Assembly: GCA_002269645.1 (NCBI GenBank)
Contig: NIVC01002291.1
Coordinates: forward strand, 202,333 to 266,332
Direction: 5' to 3'
DNA length: 64,000 nt
From: Macrostomum lignano
Taxonomy: Eukaryota
Shown here: positions 23,243 through 36,334 of the stretch, in pieces
Layout: the number at the start of each line of letters is the position of its first letter
Position numbering within the stretch: position 1 is the stretch's first letter
Made by a program: the position numbers and the translations under genes
Notes under the pieces: generated by a model
What the model saw: the letters and a program-made list of their open reading frames with translations, nothing else
Databases searched by the model: none
What the model was told of the DNA's origin: nothing

Positions 23243-23724
23243 AACAATTCTGTCCCAATCCTCACGCCGCAGGTGGGAAGACTCCGGGGAAACTAACACA
23301 CTCGCTAGGGCCGAATTTCCCCTTAATCAGTTTGACAATTATATATCTGTATATTCCGAGAGCAAACTATCCTATTGCTAATGTAAATTATTGGTTGCTC
23401 AAAAAATTGTTACAAACAGATCAGTTTGCTGCTTATTTAATTACAATAGCTGCTTTCTAATTGCTGTTTACTCAAGCGCTTGTTGAAAACCTGCCCCCGG
23501 TTTAGCATACTATTCCTTTCCTCCGTTTGTCTCTGTTTTTGTGTGTTTTTTCTAATTCTTTTTTAATTGTACCCTTGCAACACTGCGCTGGACCCTCCAT
23601 TGCTAACTGTGCGCTTATTAACGATAATAATAAACGCAATAGGAGCGTTAAACATGGTACATATCAGGTTGCCTTTTTTCATTTGCCGGATTATTGTCTT
23701 CTTAGGATCTGATTGTGGCTTCTG

Positions 23725-24018
23725 AAATCACTCAATTCACTTATAAACTCATGAACTCGCTCATAATTCACTTATAAACTCACGAACTCACTCATAATTC
23801 ACTTATAAACTCACGAACTCACTCATAATTCACTTATAAACTCATGAACTCGCTCATAATTCACTTATAAACTCATGAACTCGCTCATAATTCACTTATA
23901 AACACACGAACTCACTCATAATTCATTTATAAACACACGAACTCGCTCATAATTCACTTATAAACTCATGAACTCACTCATAATTCATTTATAAACTTAT
24001 AAATTCATAAACTCACTA
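23725..24018. repeat. ~31-bp minisatellite (CTCATAATTCACTTATAAACTCATGAACTCG)
   Basis: Direct tandem repetition between DDI1 and SNX3. Confidence 0.9.
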
Positions 24019-24187
24019 ATCGTCTTTTGGGAATTTTCTAAATTGCATGCAAAACCTGTTTTAATCAGTAAATTGAAAATTTTTAAACACAAAGACATTG
24101 TTGTAGATTTTTGCAACAAGATTCGATAAATTAAAGTGACTATCCTATCAGCACTACTAGCCAATCGCGCAGAGCAGCAGTAGTATA

Positions 24188-24476
24188 ATGAGCACATCGA
24201 CACAGAGCGCCGCTTCAATCCAGCGACTGCAGCACAAGCGCCAGACGCTCGACGACGCGTATTCGCCGCCCGCTAATTTTTTAGAAATCGACGTCTGCAA
24301 TCCGGAGACGCACGGAGTTAACAAGGACCGCTACACGGACTATGAGGTCCGGATGCGCACTAACCTGCCCGTGTTCCGGCTCAAGGAGTCCTCGGTGCGT
24401 CGGCGCTACTCAGAGTTCGAGTGGCTTCGAGGCGAATTAGAGCGCGACTCGAAAATTGTGGTGCCGAAACTTCCAG
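24188..24476 (+). CDS. SNX3: Sorting nexin 3/12, exon 1 (PX domain)
   Basis: QTLDDAYSPPANFLEIDVCNP...VRRRYSEFEWLRGELERDSKIVVPKLP. CAG|GTGAGA donor, phase 1. Confidence 0.95.
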
Positions 24477-24556
24477 GTGAGATTGGCTGTCACAGTTAAC
24501 AGCATTGATTGGTCCTTGTCGGGAGTCAAAATCGCATTTTATCTACCCCGAGACCC

Positions 24557-25637
24557 TTTGATCTTAGCCGCCAGCTAATTAGCATCACTTTGATCTCAGC
24601 CGCCAGCTAATTAGCATCACTTTGGTCTCAGCCGCCACCTAATTAGCATCACTTTGATCTCAGCCGCCACCTAATTAGCATCAATTTGATCTCAGCCGCC
24701 ACCTAATTAGCATCACTTTGATCTCAGCCGCCACCTAATTAGCATCACTTTGATCTCAGCCGCCACCTAATTAGCATCACTTTGATCTCAGCCGCCACCT
24801 TATTAGCATCACTTTGATCTCAGCCGCCACCTAATTAGCATCACTTTGATCTCAGCCGCCAGCTACATGTAATTAGCATTACTTTGATCTTAGCCGCCAC
24901 CTAATTAGCATCACTTTGATCTCAGCCGCCAGCTAATTAGCATCACTTTGATCTCAGCCGCCACCTAATTAGCATTACTTTGATCTTAGCCGCCACCTAA
25001 TTGGCATCACTTTGATCTTAGCCGCCACCTAATTAGCATCACTTTGATCTCAGCCGCCACCTAATTAGCATCACTTTGATCTCAGCCGCCAGCTGATTAG
25101 CATCACTTTGATCTCAGCCGCCAGCTACATGTAATTAGCATTACTTTGATCTTAGCCGCCAGCTAATTAGCATCACTTTGATCTCAGCCGCCACCTAATT
25201 AGCATCACTTTGATCTCAGCCGCCAGCTAATTAGCATCACTTTGATCTCAGCCGCCAGCTACATGTAATTAGCATTACTTTGATCTTAGCCGCCACCTAA
25301 TTAGCATCACTTTGATCTCAGCCGCCAGCTAATTAGCATCACTTTGATCTCACCCGCCACCTAATTAGCATCACTTTGATCTCAGCCGCCACCTAATTAG
25401 CATCACTTTGATCTCAGCCGCCAGCTAATTAGCATCACTTTGATCTTAGCCGCCACCTAATTAGCATCACTTTGATCTTAGCCGCCACCTAATTAGCATC
25501 ACTTTGATCTCAGCCGCCACCTAATTAGCATTACTTTGATCTTAGCCGCCACCTAATTAGCATCACTTTGATCTTAGCCGCCACCTAATTAGCATCACTT
25601 TGATCTTAGCCGCCACCTAATTAGCATCACTTTGATC
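24557..25637. repeat. 32-bp minisatellite (TTTGATCTCAGCCGCCACCTAATTAGCATCAC), about 33 copies, SNX3 intron
   Basis: Direct tandem repetition; the last unit runs into the real acceptor TTTGATCCCGCAG. Confidence 0.95.
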
Positions 25638-25643
25638 CCGCAG

Positions 25644-25855
25644 GCAAGGCTCTCCGGCTTCAGCTGCCGTTTCGCGGTGGAGGCGACGGCCGCTTCGATG
25701 ACGAATTCATCGAAGAGAGACGCCGCGGCCTCGAGGACTTCATCAACAAGGTGACCGGGCACCCCCTGGCCCAGAATGAGAAGTGCCTGCACATGTTCCT
25801 ACAGGAGCAGACTGTTGACAGGGGCTACGTGCCCGGCAAAGTGCGAACCACTTGA
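25644..25855 (+). CDS. SNX3: Sorting nexin 3/12, exon 2
   Basis: Phase-1 continuation GKALRLQLPFRGGGDGRFDDEFIEERRRGLEDFINKVTGHPLAQNEKCLHMFLQ...*. The total is 166 aa. This exon is absent from the ORF track. Confidence 0.95.
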
Positions 25856-26309
25856 CCTTCTGACCCAGCTATCTGGGCCTAGCGACCAACACCATCATGC
25901 ATTACACTACTGAATTGACCAAGGACTTCTAAATTCATGAGCCAACTGAAAAATAGGACTGAAGAAGATCTCAGCCAGTGGAACAAGTAGTTATTGCTAG
26001 CTAAACGTTCTTAACAGCCAGACTTCCACTCGGACCTGTTGGGTACAGAAATTGTAAAGAAAATATTTTATTATCGATTTTCGCTTGGCTCTACTGCTAG
26101 TAAGTAGTAGGTTGAGCGAGTCTAGTTTTAGATTATTCAAGATTATTCAGAACTATGCACCGCCAGGATATTTTATCCAATTCAAGTAGACGGGTAAATT
26201 CATTTGTACTTATCTGTGTAGCATATTTGTGCGCTGTGTCATTCATTGATATTTTCGTTGCCAGTCATTTGTTGCTTTGTTGTGAATTGAGACCCAAGAT
26301 TTGAAACTT

Positions 26310-27135
26310 GAGCTGCCGCCCACAGATTCTCAGTTGCTGGGCCAGCCTCCCAGATTCTCAGTTGCTGGCCAGCCTCCCAGATCCTCAGTTGCTGGGCCAG
26401 CCTCCCAGATCCTCAGTTGCTGGGCCAGCCTCCCAGATCCTCAGTTGCTGGGCCAGCCTCCCAGATCCTCAGTTGCTGGGCCAGCCTCCCAGATCCTCAG
26501 TTGCTGGGCCAGCCTCCAAGATCCTCAGTTGCTGGGCCAGCCTCCCAGATCCTCAGTTGCTGGCCAGCCTCCCAGATCCTCAGTTGCTGGGCCAGCCTCC
26601 CAGATCCTCAGTTGCTGGGCCAGCCTCCCAGATCCTCAGTTGCTGGGCCAGCCTCCCAGATCCTCAGTTGCTGGGCCAGCCTCCAAGATCCTCAGTTGCT
26701 GGGCCAGCCTCCCAGATCCTCAGTTGCTGGCCAGCCTCCCAGATCCTCAGTTGCTGGGCCAGCCTCCCAGATCCTCAGTTGCTGGGCCAGCCTCCCAGAT
26801 CCTCAGTTGCTGGGCCAGCCTCCCAGATCCTCAGTTGCTGGGCCAGCCTCCAAGATCTTCAGTTGCTGTGCCAGCCTCCCAGATCCTCAGTTGCTGGGCC
26901 AGCCTCCCAGATCCTCAGTTGCTGGGCCAGCCTCCCAGATCCTCAGTTGCTGTGCCAGCCTCCAAGATCCTCAGTTGCTGGGCCAGCCTCCCAGATCCTC
27001 AGTTGCTGGGCCAGCCTCTCAGATCCTCAGTTGCTGGGCCAGCCTCTCAGATCCTCAGTTGCTGGGCCAGCCTCCAAGATCTTCAGTTGCTGTGCCAGCC
27101 TCCCAGATCCTCAGTTGCGGGGCCAGCCTCCCTGC
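26310..27135. repeat. 28-bp minisatellite (CCTCCCAGATCCTCAGTTGCTGGGCCAG)
   Basis: Direct tandem repetition; explains ORFs 26301-27212. Confidence 0.95.
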
Positions 27136-27784
27136 CAGTACCTTTAATTAGGGATTTAAAATCAAGTACATTTAAAGACAAAGAAGATTCCTACTGGCAC
27201 CGATATTCTTGAAAACTGCAGCTGTCCAGCCGTATTTTATTCCTGCGACAACAGATCTCCCCGCTCGCTTGTTTGTCGGTCTGTGTCCCTGTGCTATTTT
27301 TGCTAATCGCTATATTCGAGAATCTCTAAAGCACCGTTCTTTTCTCACCTATGCTCTCTTTACTGATTTTTACCTTTTCTGTAGTAGTACGCAAGCTTCA
27401 TTTTACTTGAGTAAAAGAAACCTTACTCGCTAAGTAGTATATAGCGACTGTTGCAGTGGAAAAAATTGACTTCTAACGCCAGCGCTTTTGTCTCGTCTGT
27501 CTGTCTGTCTATCGATGCCGAGTTTTATCTCTAAGGCTTGTTTAATAACTTTTTTATTAGTTCGTTTGCACTGGTGCCCCGCCTCCCACCTGTCTCAAGT
27601 TGAAAATAAACCGACATTAAATACTCTCTCTCTCTCTTGATGGACTTTCACTGTTAATTATATTGATTTATTCGAAATCGTAAAGTGTCATAATTATCTA
27701 ACGTTGCTCTTCTGTTCCTTTTTAATTAGTTTAGTTTGTTTAAATTCAATTGAAGCCCATGCAACCTGAATCTCTTGAAATCAA

Positions 27785-28600
27785 CAAACCCTAGAGAATC
27801 TCATAGAAAAATCGCCAAGATAATCTCAACAAGCCGGAGAGAATCTCAAAGAAAAATCGCCAAGATAATCTCAACAAGCCGGAGAGAATCCCATAGAAAA
27901 ATCGCCAAGATAATCTCAACAAACTCGATAGAATCACAGAAAAATCGCCAAGATAATCTCAACTCAACAAGCCGGAGAGAATCTCATAGAAAAATCGCCA
28001 AGATAATCTCAACAAACTCGATAGAATCTCAGAAAAATCGCCCAGGATAATCTCAACAAACCGGGGAGAATCTCATAGAAAAATCGCCATGATAATCTCA
28101 ACAAACTCGATAGAATCTCATAGAAAAATCGCCATGATAATCTCAACAAACCGGGGAGAATCTCATAGAAAAATCGCCATGATAATCTCAACAAACTCGA
28201 TAGAATCTCATAGAAAAATCGCCATGATAATCTCAACAAACCGGAGAGAATCTCAGAAAAATCGCCAAACAATCTCAACAAACTCGATAGAATCTCAGAA
28301 AAATCGCCCAGGATAATCTCAACAAACCGGAGAGAATCTCATAGAAAAATCGCCAAGAAATCTCAACAAGCCAGAGAGAATCTCATAGAAAAATCGCCCA
28401 GGATAATCTCAACAAACCAGAGAATCTCAGAAAAATCGCCCAGGATAATCTCAACAAGCCAGAGAGAATCTCCCAGAAATATCACCCAGGATAATCTCAA
28501 CAAACCGGAGAAAATCTCCCAGAAAAATCACCCAGGATAATCTCAACAAACCCGAGAGAATCTCCCAGAAAAATCACCCAAGATAATCTCAACAAACCTG
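27785..28600. repeat. ~45-bp degenerate minisatellite (GAGAGAATCTCATAGAAAAATCGCCAAGATAATCTCAACAAACC)
   Basis: Direct tandem repetition with two alternating sub-variants. Confidence 0.9.
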
Positions 28601-29796
28601 AATCTTTAGTTCACTGCAAACCTGAGAGATTCCTCATGATTTGTTCTCCCATGAAGTGCCTGTCAAGAAACTCAGGATTGACTCGCATCTTGTTACAAAT
28701 CTGGGCAAGGATTAATGCTGCCACTGCTGCTTTCCTATTGGCTGGGAGGCGTCAGTCACTCCGGCCAATGGGAGCTCAGTAGCAAGGAGGTAGTTAAAGC
28801 TTGATTCAACCATTGAAGTCGGGGCCGCGCAAAGATTAACGGGTGAGTTTGGAGACTGTTCAACCCTAAGCCCCTATAAAATTATTTTTAACAGCTAAAC
28901 TGCAAGGATTTACCATACAAAAAGAGAAAGCTTCGAAAGCTGTAATATTTGTCTGGCTGGAATAAATTAATTGCAAAGGTGAGTACAGCTGCCTACCAAT
29001 TATTCTGCTTGATGACTTCAACCATGTTCGCTTATGTTGACATTGCAGCGTCCTGACTTAGTGTCTGTTAAAACTTTCTGAAATTCTGAAAAAATCCATT
29101 AGAGAGCCTGAGAGATGGCTTTAATACGAGGTACTAAGTCCTCCTTAATCCCTGAGAAGCACGCACTGCTCAGCTCCGCTTTGGGGAAATGATTTGTGTA
29201 GCTTATAGTGGACAAACTGGGATGTTAGGAGTTGTGTAGCTGAAATACGATACCATTGACAGCAAAGTGGCTAAGCATGAGGAGGGGGTTGGCTAAGTAC
29301 CTGATATCCCTTGTGCTCGACCTACTCCTTAACGCAGTGCTCCTGTTAATATTCGCTCCGTTGCATCTTGAGTTGCCTCAGGTCATGCCATGATGGCTGT
29401 GGCAGCCTCTCCCTGCTGCGTCTCTTCTCTTTGTTCCACAAGTGCGCAAGAATCGCCTGGCACAATTGGGAAATCTGAGTCCGATTGAGAACAACCGGGC
29501 TAAAGGCCATGTTAACTGTGTCCTGTGAACTCTCCGTTCACAAGTATAGCGGTTGTAATTTCTTACATCATTCGCTTTGAGTCGATGATACGGTCATCCT
29601 CTGCAAGCTTTGGGGCGTGCGCTCACACGGTGCACCGCGGCCGTCACTATTCATTTAGCGCTATGCGTCCTCTATGCTGTCAATGGTAGAGCATGTTAAA
29701 TGCACTGGATTCTTTTCTGCACATGTGTGCACACTCCGCTTTGGGGTCAACTGCAGCTAAGCAATGATCTCTCAAACATCAGAGGGGGGCAGTGCC

Positions 29797-30419
29797 CAGG
29801 GGGTGTCGCCATGGATTTAATGGTGGGGGGACAAAGCCAAGAATTCTACATGTACATTATTTTCAGAATCGGTGCTATCAGCGTCCATTTTGGCGCCGCA
29901 GGCATTCATTTTGGCGCCACAGGCATTTTTTGGCGCCGCAGGCACTCTTGGCGCCAAACACTCATTTTGGCGCCACAGGCACTCATTTTGGCGCCGTAGG
30001 CACTCATTTTGGCGCCACAGGCACTCATTTTGGCACCACAGGCACTCATTTTGGCGCCACAGGCACTCATTTTGGCGCCACAGGCATTTTTTGGCGCCGC
30101 AGGTACTCTTGGCGCCACAGGCACTCATTTTGACGCCACAGGCACTCATTTTGGCGCCACAGGCACTCATTTTGGCGCCGTAGGCACTCATTTTGGCGCT
30201 GCAGGCACTCATTTTGGCGCCACAGGCACTCATTTTGGCGCTGCAGGCACTCATTTTGGCGCTGCAGGCACTCATTTTGGCGCTGCAGGCGCTATGCTTT
30301 GTCGTCCTGAAGCAAAATGATTGATTTCCATAATGGGTCGCAAGGTTGGCATGTCCCCCCATACCTTTTATTGAGGGGGGCATGTTTTCCCTGTCCCCCT
30401 CCCGGTGGCGTCGCCCCTG
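29797..30419. mobile_element. hAT-type MITE containing an internal 21-bp minisatellite
   Basis: TIRs CAGGGGGTGTCGCCA / TGGCGTCGCCCCTG. Perfect 8-bp TSD GCAGTGCC at 29789-29796 and 30420-30427. GGCACTCATTTTGGCGCCACA array at about 29885-30292. Confidence 0.85.
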
Positions 30420-30851
30420 GCAGTGCCCCTCTGCCCCACCCCCTGTTCCGCAGTCCCTGTCAACCACTGAATTTCTCATGCTCTGTAGGAAATCACTGCA
30501 GCAGTGCGTACAAGCCTTTTTTAACTGATCACCGTATGTTCTCATTAATTATTTATGGAATTTCTGATGCTCTGTCGAACAAAGCATAGGAGGAATCAGT
30601 GAGGGAACTCTTCATCGTTTGAGCTGCTCTTGAGTCTTTTGGGTTCATTTAGTCTTTAAATGTTTAACTAAATAGTCAGACAGGGTTTTTATGGCGGAGG
30701 CAGCCCAAGTTGAGTTCATTGTTCTTTGTCTGTTGGTCTGGTTTGAGCAGTCAGACTCACAGCAGCATCTTTGCATCAAGACAAGCTTCGGTTTCGTTGT
30801 CAATTCAATTCTGCAAAGCATCTCCCATGGCCCTTAGGGGTGACAGGGGGG

Positions 30852-31204
30852 GGGGGGGTAGCCCAGTGGTCTGGCGCGGCGCTCTGATGTTCTAGCGGCC
30901 CAGGCTCGATTCCAAGTGCAGTCGCATTAATTTGGGGCTAAATTGGAATCTCGGCTTGGCTCTGCTCGTGCAATTAACGCCATTGATGGCCAATCCCCAA
31001 GGCACAGTGAAGTGTACATGCTGAACGATAAATAAAGTTTGGGCCGCTGTACACTCCTGTGTGAGTGTGTGCCTGTGCGTATGACTGCGTACGTATCCGC
31101 GCGCTTGTGTGCCTGCTCAGGGGAGTCGGCGGAATGGGCAGCAATGCCTCTCTCCGGTTGTGCGACAATGTCGCTTAAAGTGCGCCAGGGTGCACACAAG
31201 CCTG
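30852..31204 (+). mobile_element. tRNA-derived SINE, copy 3 (most complete)
   Basis: A-box-like TAGCCCAGTGG and B-box-like GGCTCGATTCC; the full body is shared with copies 1 and 2. Confidence 0.82.
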
Positions 31205-31616
31205 TAAGCTAAACTATCTGTAACAACATGTAGGTGACAGGACCGCTTGGTGACTTCATACTTGAGCAGAGTCTCAGCTCCTCATTCTCACTTCGGTGCT
31301 CAACTTTTACTAAATGCGAATCATCTGCAGCCGCAAATCTTTCTTCATCTTTTGCATTTTCATTTCTAAATGAATGAGAGAACACTGGGGGGCTCGGTTA
31401 AGAGACCATGGTAGACTCATCAGAGAAGATTAGGGCGGCGGGACCGCATCCTGAATGCAAGGATTTAGTGAAGCAGCATTATTATTAATATTATTATTAT
31501 TATTGTGACAACCCGCCCAGACTAACCAACAATGGCCTCCAATACACTCTCTGCGGCACAATGCTTTTGACCTGGCCGTGGGGTTGCGGGAGAAAAGATT
31601 TTGAGGGACTACATGC

Positions 31617-31618
<2 letters not shown>

Positions 31619-31682
<64 letters not shown>
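31619..31682. repeat. (GT)n microsatellite
   Basis: Direct reading. Confidence 0.95.
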
Positions 31683-31683
<1 letters not shown>

Positions 31684-32287
31684 GGAGCTCTGGATGCGGG
31701 ACTGCAAAACCAGCGCCTCAGATCCAAGTGCGGGCGGTTGCCGCCGCCCCCCCCCCTTCATCGGGCCCATCAGGAAGTTGTCCGCATTGACCTAGTGGCT
31801 CAGAACCGCGGGAATCACTGCGGCCATTGTGGATGGTGAGCACACGGGGCTGGGGGTGGTGTTAGTGTCACAGTTGAGCACTGTGGGGACTGCAGATTAA
31901 GGCCCAGCATTATTCATTCGCTCTGTAGAATTCCTTTGTCACGCAATCCAGATCAGCGGAAGAGATGTCAGAGAGCGACTCCAGAGCTGCTGTACCTTCA
32001 GCAAACCCAGCATTTCCCCGATCGCACACATTCTCTCTCAGCCGAAAATTATCCTAGCGCCATGAGCGTCGATAATCTGATGTCGAGTTTTCGAACTGTC
32101 GCATTCGCGTGAGAAGGAAATTCTGTGCAGCAAAGAAACTCAAGAAGAATGCTTTCAGAGTTTTCAGGGATTGTGTAAAGTTTTTACTTCTTTTGATCGA
32201 AGTCTTGTTTAACTTGCTTTGCTTCTATTAGCAATGTTCTGCTGCTGGGAAATGGATAGGGTTCGAGTCTGCGGAACACAAGTGGAT

Positions 32288-33335
32288 CTCCGCCTTTCCA
32301 TCCACTCTCCGACTTTCCCCATCCACTCTCCGCCTTTCCCCATCCACTCTCCGCCTTTTCCCATCCACTCTCCGCCTTTTCCCATCCACTCTCCGCCTTT
32401 CCCCATCCACTCTCCGCCTTTCCCCATCCACTCTCCGCCTTTTCCCATCCACTCTCCGCCTTTTCCCATCCACTCTCCGCCTTTCCCCATCCACTCTCCG
32501 CCTTTTCCCATCCACTCTCCACCTTTCCCCATCCACTCTCCGCCTTTCCCCATCCACTCTCCACCTTTCCCCCTCCACGCTCCACCTTTCCCCATCCACG
32601 CTCCACCTTTCCCCATCCACGCTCCACCTTTCCCCATCCACTCTCCACCTTTCCCCATCCACTCTCCGCCTTTCCCCATCCACTCTCCACCTTTCCCCAT
32701 CCACGCTCCACCTTTCCCCATCCACTCTCCGCCTTTCCCCATCCACTCTCCACCTTTCCCATCGACTCTCCACCTTTCCCCATCCACTCTCCACCTTTTC
32801 CCATCCACTCTCCACCTTTCCCCATCCACTCTCCGCCTTTTCCCATCCACTCTCCACCTTTCCCCATCCACTCTCCGCCTTTCCCCATCCACTCTCCACC
32901 TTTCCCCATCCACTCTCCGCCTTTTCCCATCCACTCTCCACCTTTCCCCATCAACTCTCCACCTTTCCCCATCCACTCCACCTTTCCCATCCACTCTCCA
33001 CCTTTCCCCCTCGACTCTCCGCCTTTCCCCATCCACTCTCCGCCTTTCCCCATCCACTCTCCGCCTTTTCCCATCCACTCTCCACCTTTTCCCATCCACT
33101 CTCCGCCTTTTCCCATCCACTCTCCACCTTTCCCCCTCGACTCTCCGCCTTTCCCCATCCACTCTCCGCCTTTCCCCATCCACTCTCCGCCTTTTCCCAT
33201 TCACTCTCCACCTTTTCCCATCCACTCTCCGCCTTTTCCCATCCACTCTCCACCTTTTCCCATCCACTCTCCGCCTTTCCCCATCCACTCTCCGCCTTTC
33301 CCCATCGACTCTCCGCCTTTCCCCATCGACTCTTG
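32288..33335. repeat. 21-bp minisatellite (CATCCACTCTCCGCCTTTTCC)
   Basis: Direct tandem repetition; explains the FPIHSPP and MGKGGEW ORFs. Confidence 0.95.
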
Positions 33336-34165
33336 CATCCCCTACTCTCATAGCTAGCTTAATCCTATCAATAAACAGCAGACACGGGTCTAGACAAGCG
33401 CCGCTAAAACGCTGCCTATATCGGATAAATATTCTGCAGCAGCAGCCAATAATGGTGCAAAAGTGGCTTGTCTCTCATCTCTCAACTGTCATAGTTATAG
33501 GAGACACTGGCCTAAGGCTGTTCATTGTCTGATTGCCCAAGTCCGTCTATGGAGAGCACAGACTCTCAGCTCCAAGCCACTTCAACATCGAGAAGGAGGA
33601 AGTAGCTGCTGCTGCTGCTGCTGCTGCTGTTGTTGGGCTCTTCAGAGCAGCCTAAAATATGCTCTGTGTGTATATAGCAGTGTGTGCTGTGCCTTTCCTG
33701 TGACTGACAGAGCAGATCCCGATTGAGCTATGGCACTGGGAGGGAGGGGTTGGCGGGTAGAGATTTCCTGCACTGCTCATAACTCCCTGCTGCCGCACAG
33801 GCTCACGGAACCAGCTCCACACGCCAGGGTAGTTGAGAGAGAAAATCTTCTTGTTTTCGACCATCATTTTCCCTCACCTTTGTCCCCTGCACCCAACTCC
33901 AGCTTTACTTGAAATTAGTCATACATCATCCGGGGGTCCTTGGCACTTGTGCTTCCGTGTGTCCAACCCGCATTAGCCCTCCCATTGAGTCTCTTATCTG
34001 AGCAGGAAATCAAACAGAGATAGGGGAGGCAGATTGACTCAAAAAACCAACTCATTGCTGTGCTGCGATTTCCCCAGCATTTTTTTGCGAATCCCGCTTG
34101 CAATTACAGCCACATTTTCAAACTCCATTTGGCTGTGATGAGAGATGGGACACTGAGAGCGATCA

Positions 34166-34875
<710 letters not shown>

Positions 34876-35289
34876 ATCTACAAAGAAACTTCCCCTCAAA
34901 ATCCTTTCCTTCGCATAGCCTTGGGGAAAAATATTCCTCAAAGGGGAAGTCGCAGCAGACTCATAATTTATTACTCAAACGGCTGTCTGATTCTCACATT
35001 TATTTCCTCCAAATTAACTCTTCAACGGATAAAAAGATTCGCAAGATAATCAGGAAAGGTTGCCTTAGGCCCGTTGCCTGTTCCATTTTAACATGAAAGC
35101 TTCTAATACAAAGATCGCAAATCAGTAATGCTCCTTGGTAAACTTAACTACACTACATATCGGCAGTGTGTCTTTCAGAAGACTTGCGCAAGGTCAAGCA
35201 GGGCGTACAGAGCCTCTGATGCATTTATTAATTGAACTTTTCCTTATTGCCTTTTGAAAGAAGTTGCCCATGAGAACCGAACCTAAGGA

Positions 35290-35360
35290 ATCTATGGAAT
35301 CGAACCCCGATCCTTCCGCCACCTTGTGACCTCTTCAAACCAGCCGGGGCCACAGGCTGT
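35290..35360 (-). other. Degenerate tRNA-like Pol III promoter head (possible second SINE family)
   Basis: On the minus strand, A-box-like TGGCCCCGGCTGGT and B-box GGTTCGATTCC lie about 32 nt apart. A cloverleaf cannot be completed. Confidence 0.3.
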
Positions 35361-36334
35361 TAAAAAATTGGTTAAAAAGACAGGAAAACAAGAATCGGCC
35401 ATTTCTTCTGTGGAAGCACTAAACTTGCTGTCTCTTCTTCTTCAAGCAAAAACATCCTCCCACTTTTTTGCTTGGCGTGAAAGGCAATACGCCTGACGGC
35501 CCTTTCCCAGCTGGGACAGAAGCAAGAGATTGCCCAGAGATAAAGCTGTCATGCTTGCGGAGGCGTGGCAGGTCCATCCGCCCCTGTCTTCTAGGAGAGG
35601 AAGACCTGGGTCTCAGCGGTTCAAGTTTTACTGTTTCTGCTAAAAAGCCACCGTGAAACAATGCAGCGATTTTGCTTAAAAAACACGGTTGCCCATGCAG
35701 TTGCTGCGGCAGGAGAAAAGCAGAAAGAAATTCTGTTGCAACAATTGGCCGCTGTTGCTTGCGCTGCTGTCTCTTTCGGCTCGCTCATCTCATCCGACAC
35801 TTTTTTTGAGTTCGCCAGCAGCGGAACTGGCTCTGTCACGAATGTCGAATTATCAATCGGGAGAGAGAGAGTAACCAGAAGCGACTGAGGGTTAGGGATA
35901 GATGAAGTCGAGTGAGCGAGAGAGACTGGGGGAGAACGCCAGAAATCCCAATGGGGAATTAAGATGAGAAGATTCCCCAAGCGCAGCAAAATCCCATTTT
36001 CGCCAACATTTTCCCCGGAGGTGCACGTGGCTTCGGTTTAGAGACAGGGGGGGGGGCACCGCGGCCAGCAGCAGCCATGGGCGGAGTTGGCGCTAATTTG
36101 ACGGGCCTTCGGGTTGCACGCCACTTGAGCCGCTCTTTAGCCACTTGTCCGCCGCCGCAGCCCCTCCCATCAGCTGCGCGATGAGCGTCACGCGACCCCT
36201 CAGAGACCGGCGAAGGGGTAAGAGAGAGAGAGAGAGAGAGAAAGAAAAGGGCAAAGCGTTTTTTCGAAAAAAAATCGAAATATGAGCAACTTGTTTGCAG
36301 GATTTTTGAACCTCATATAGTGGGAAAACTGAGT

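Noticed and set aside
35419-36144. ORFs at 35.4-36.1 kb (and similarly at 31.5-31.8 kb and 39.2-39.7 kb) as genes
   Set aside because: No recognisable domain or consistent splice-phase chain could be built.
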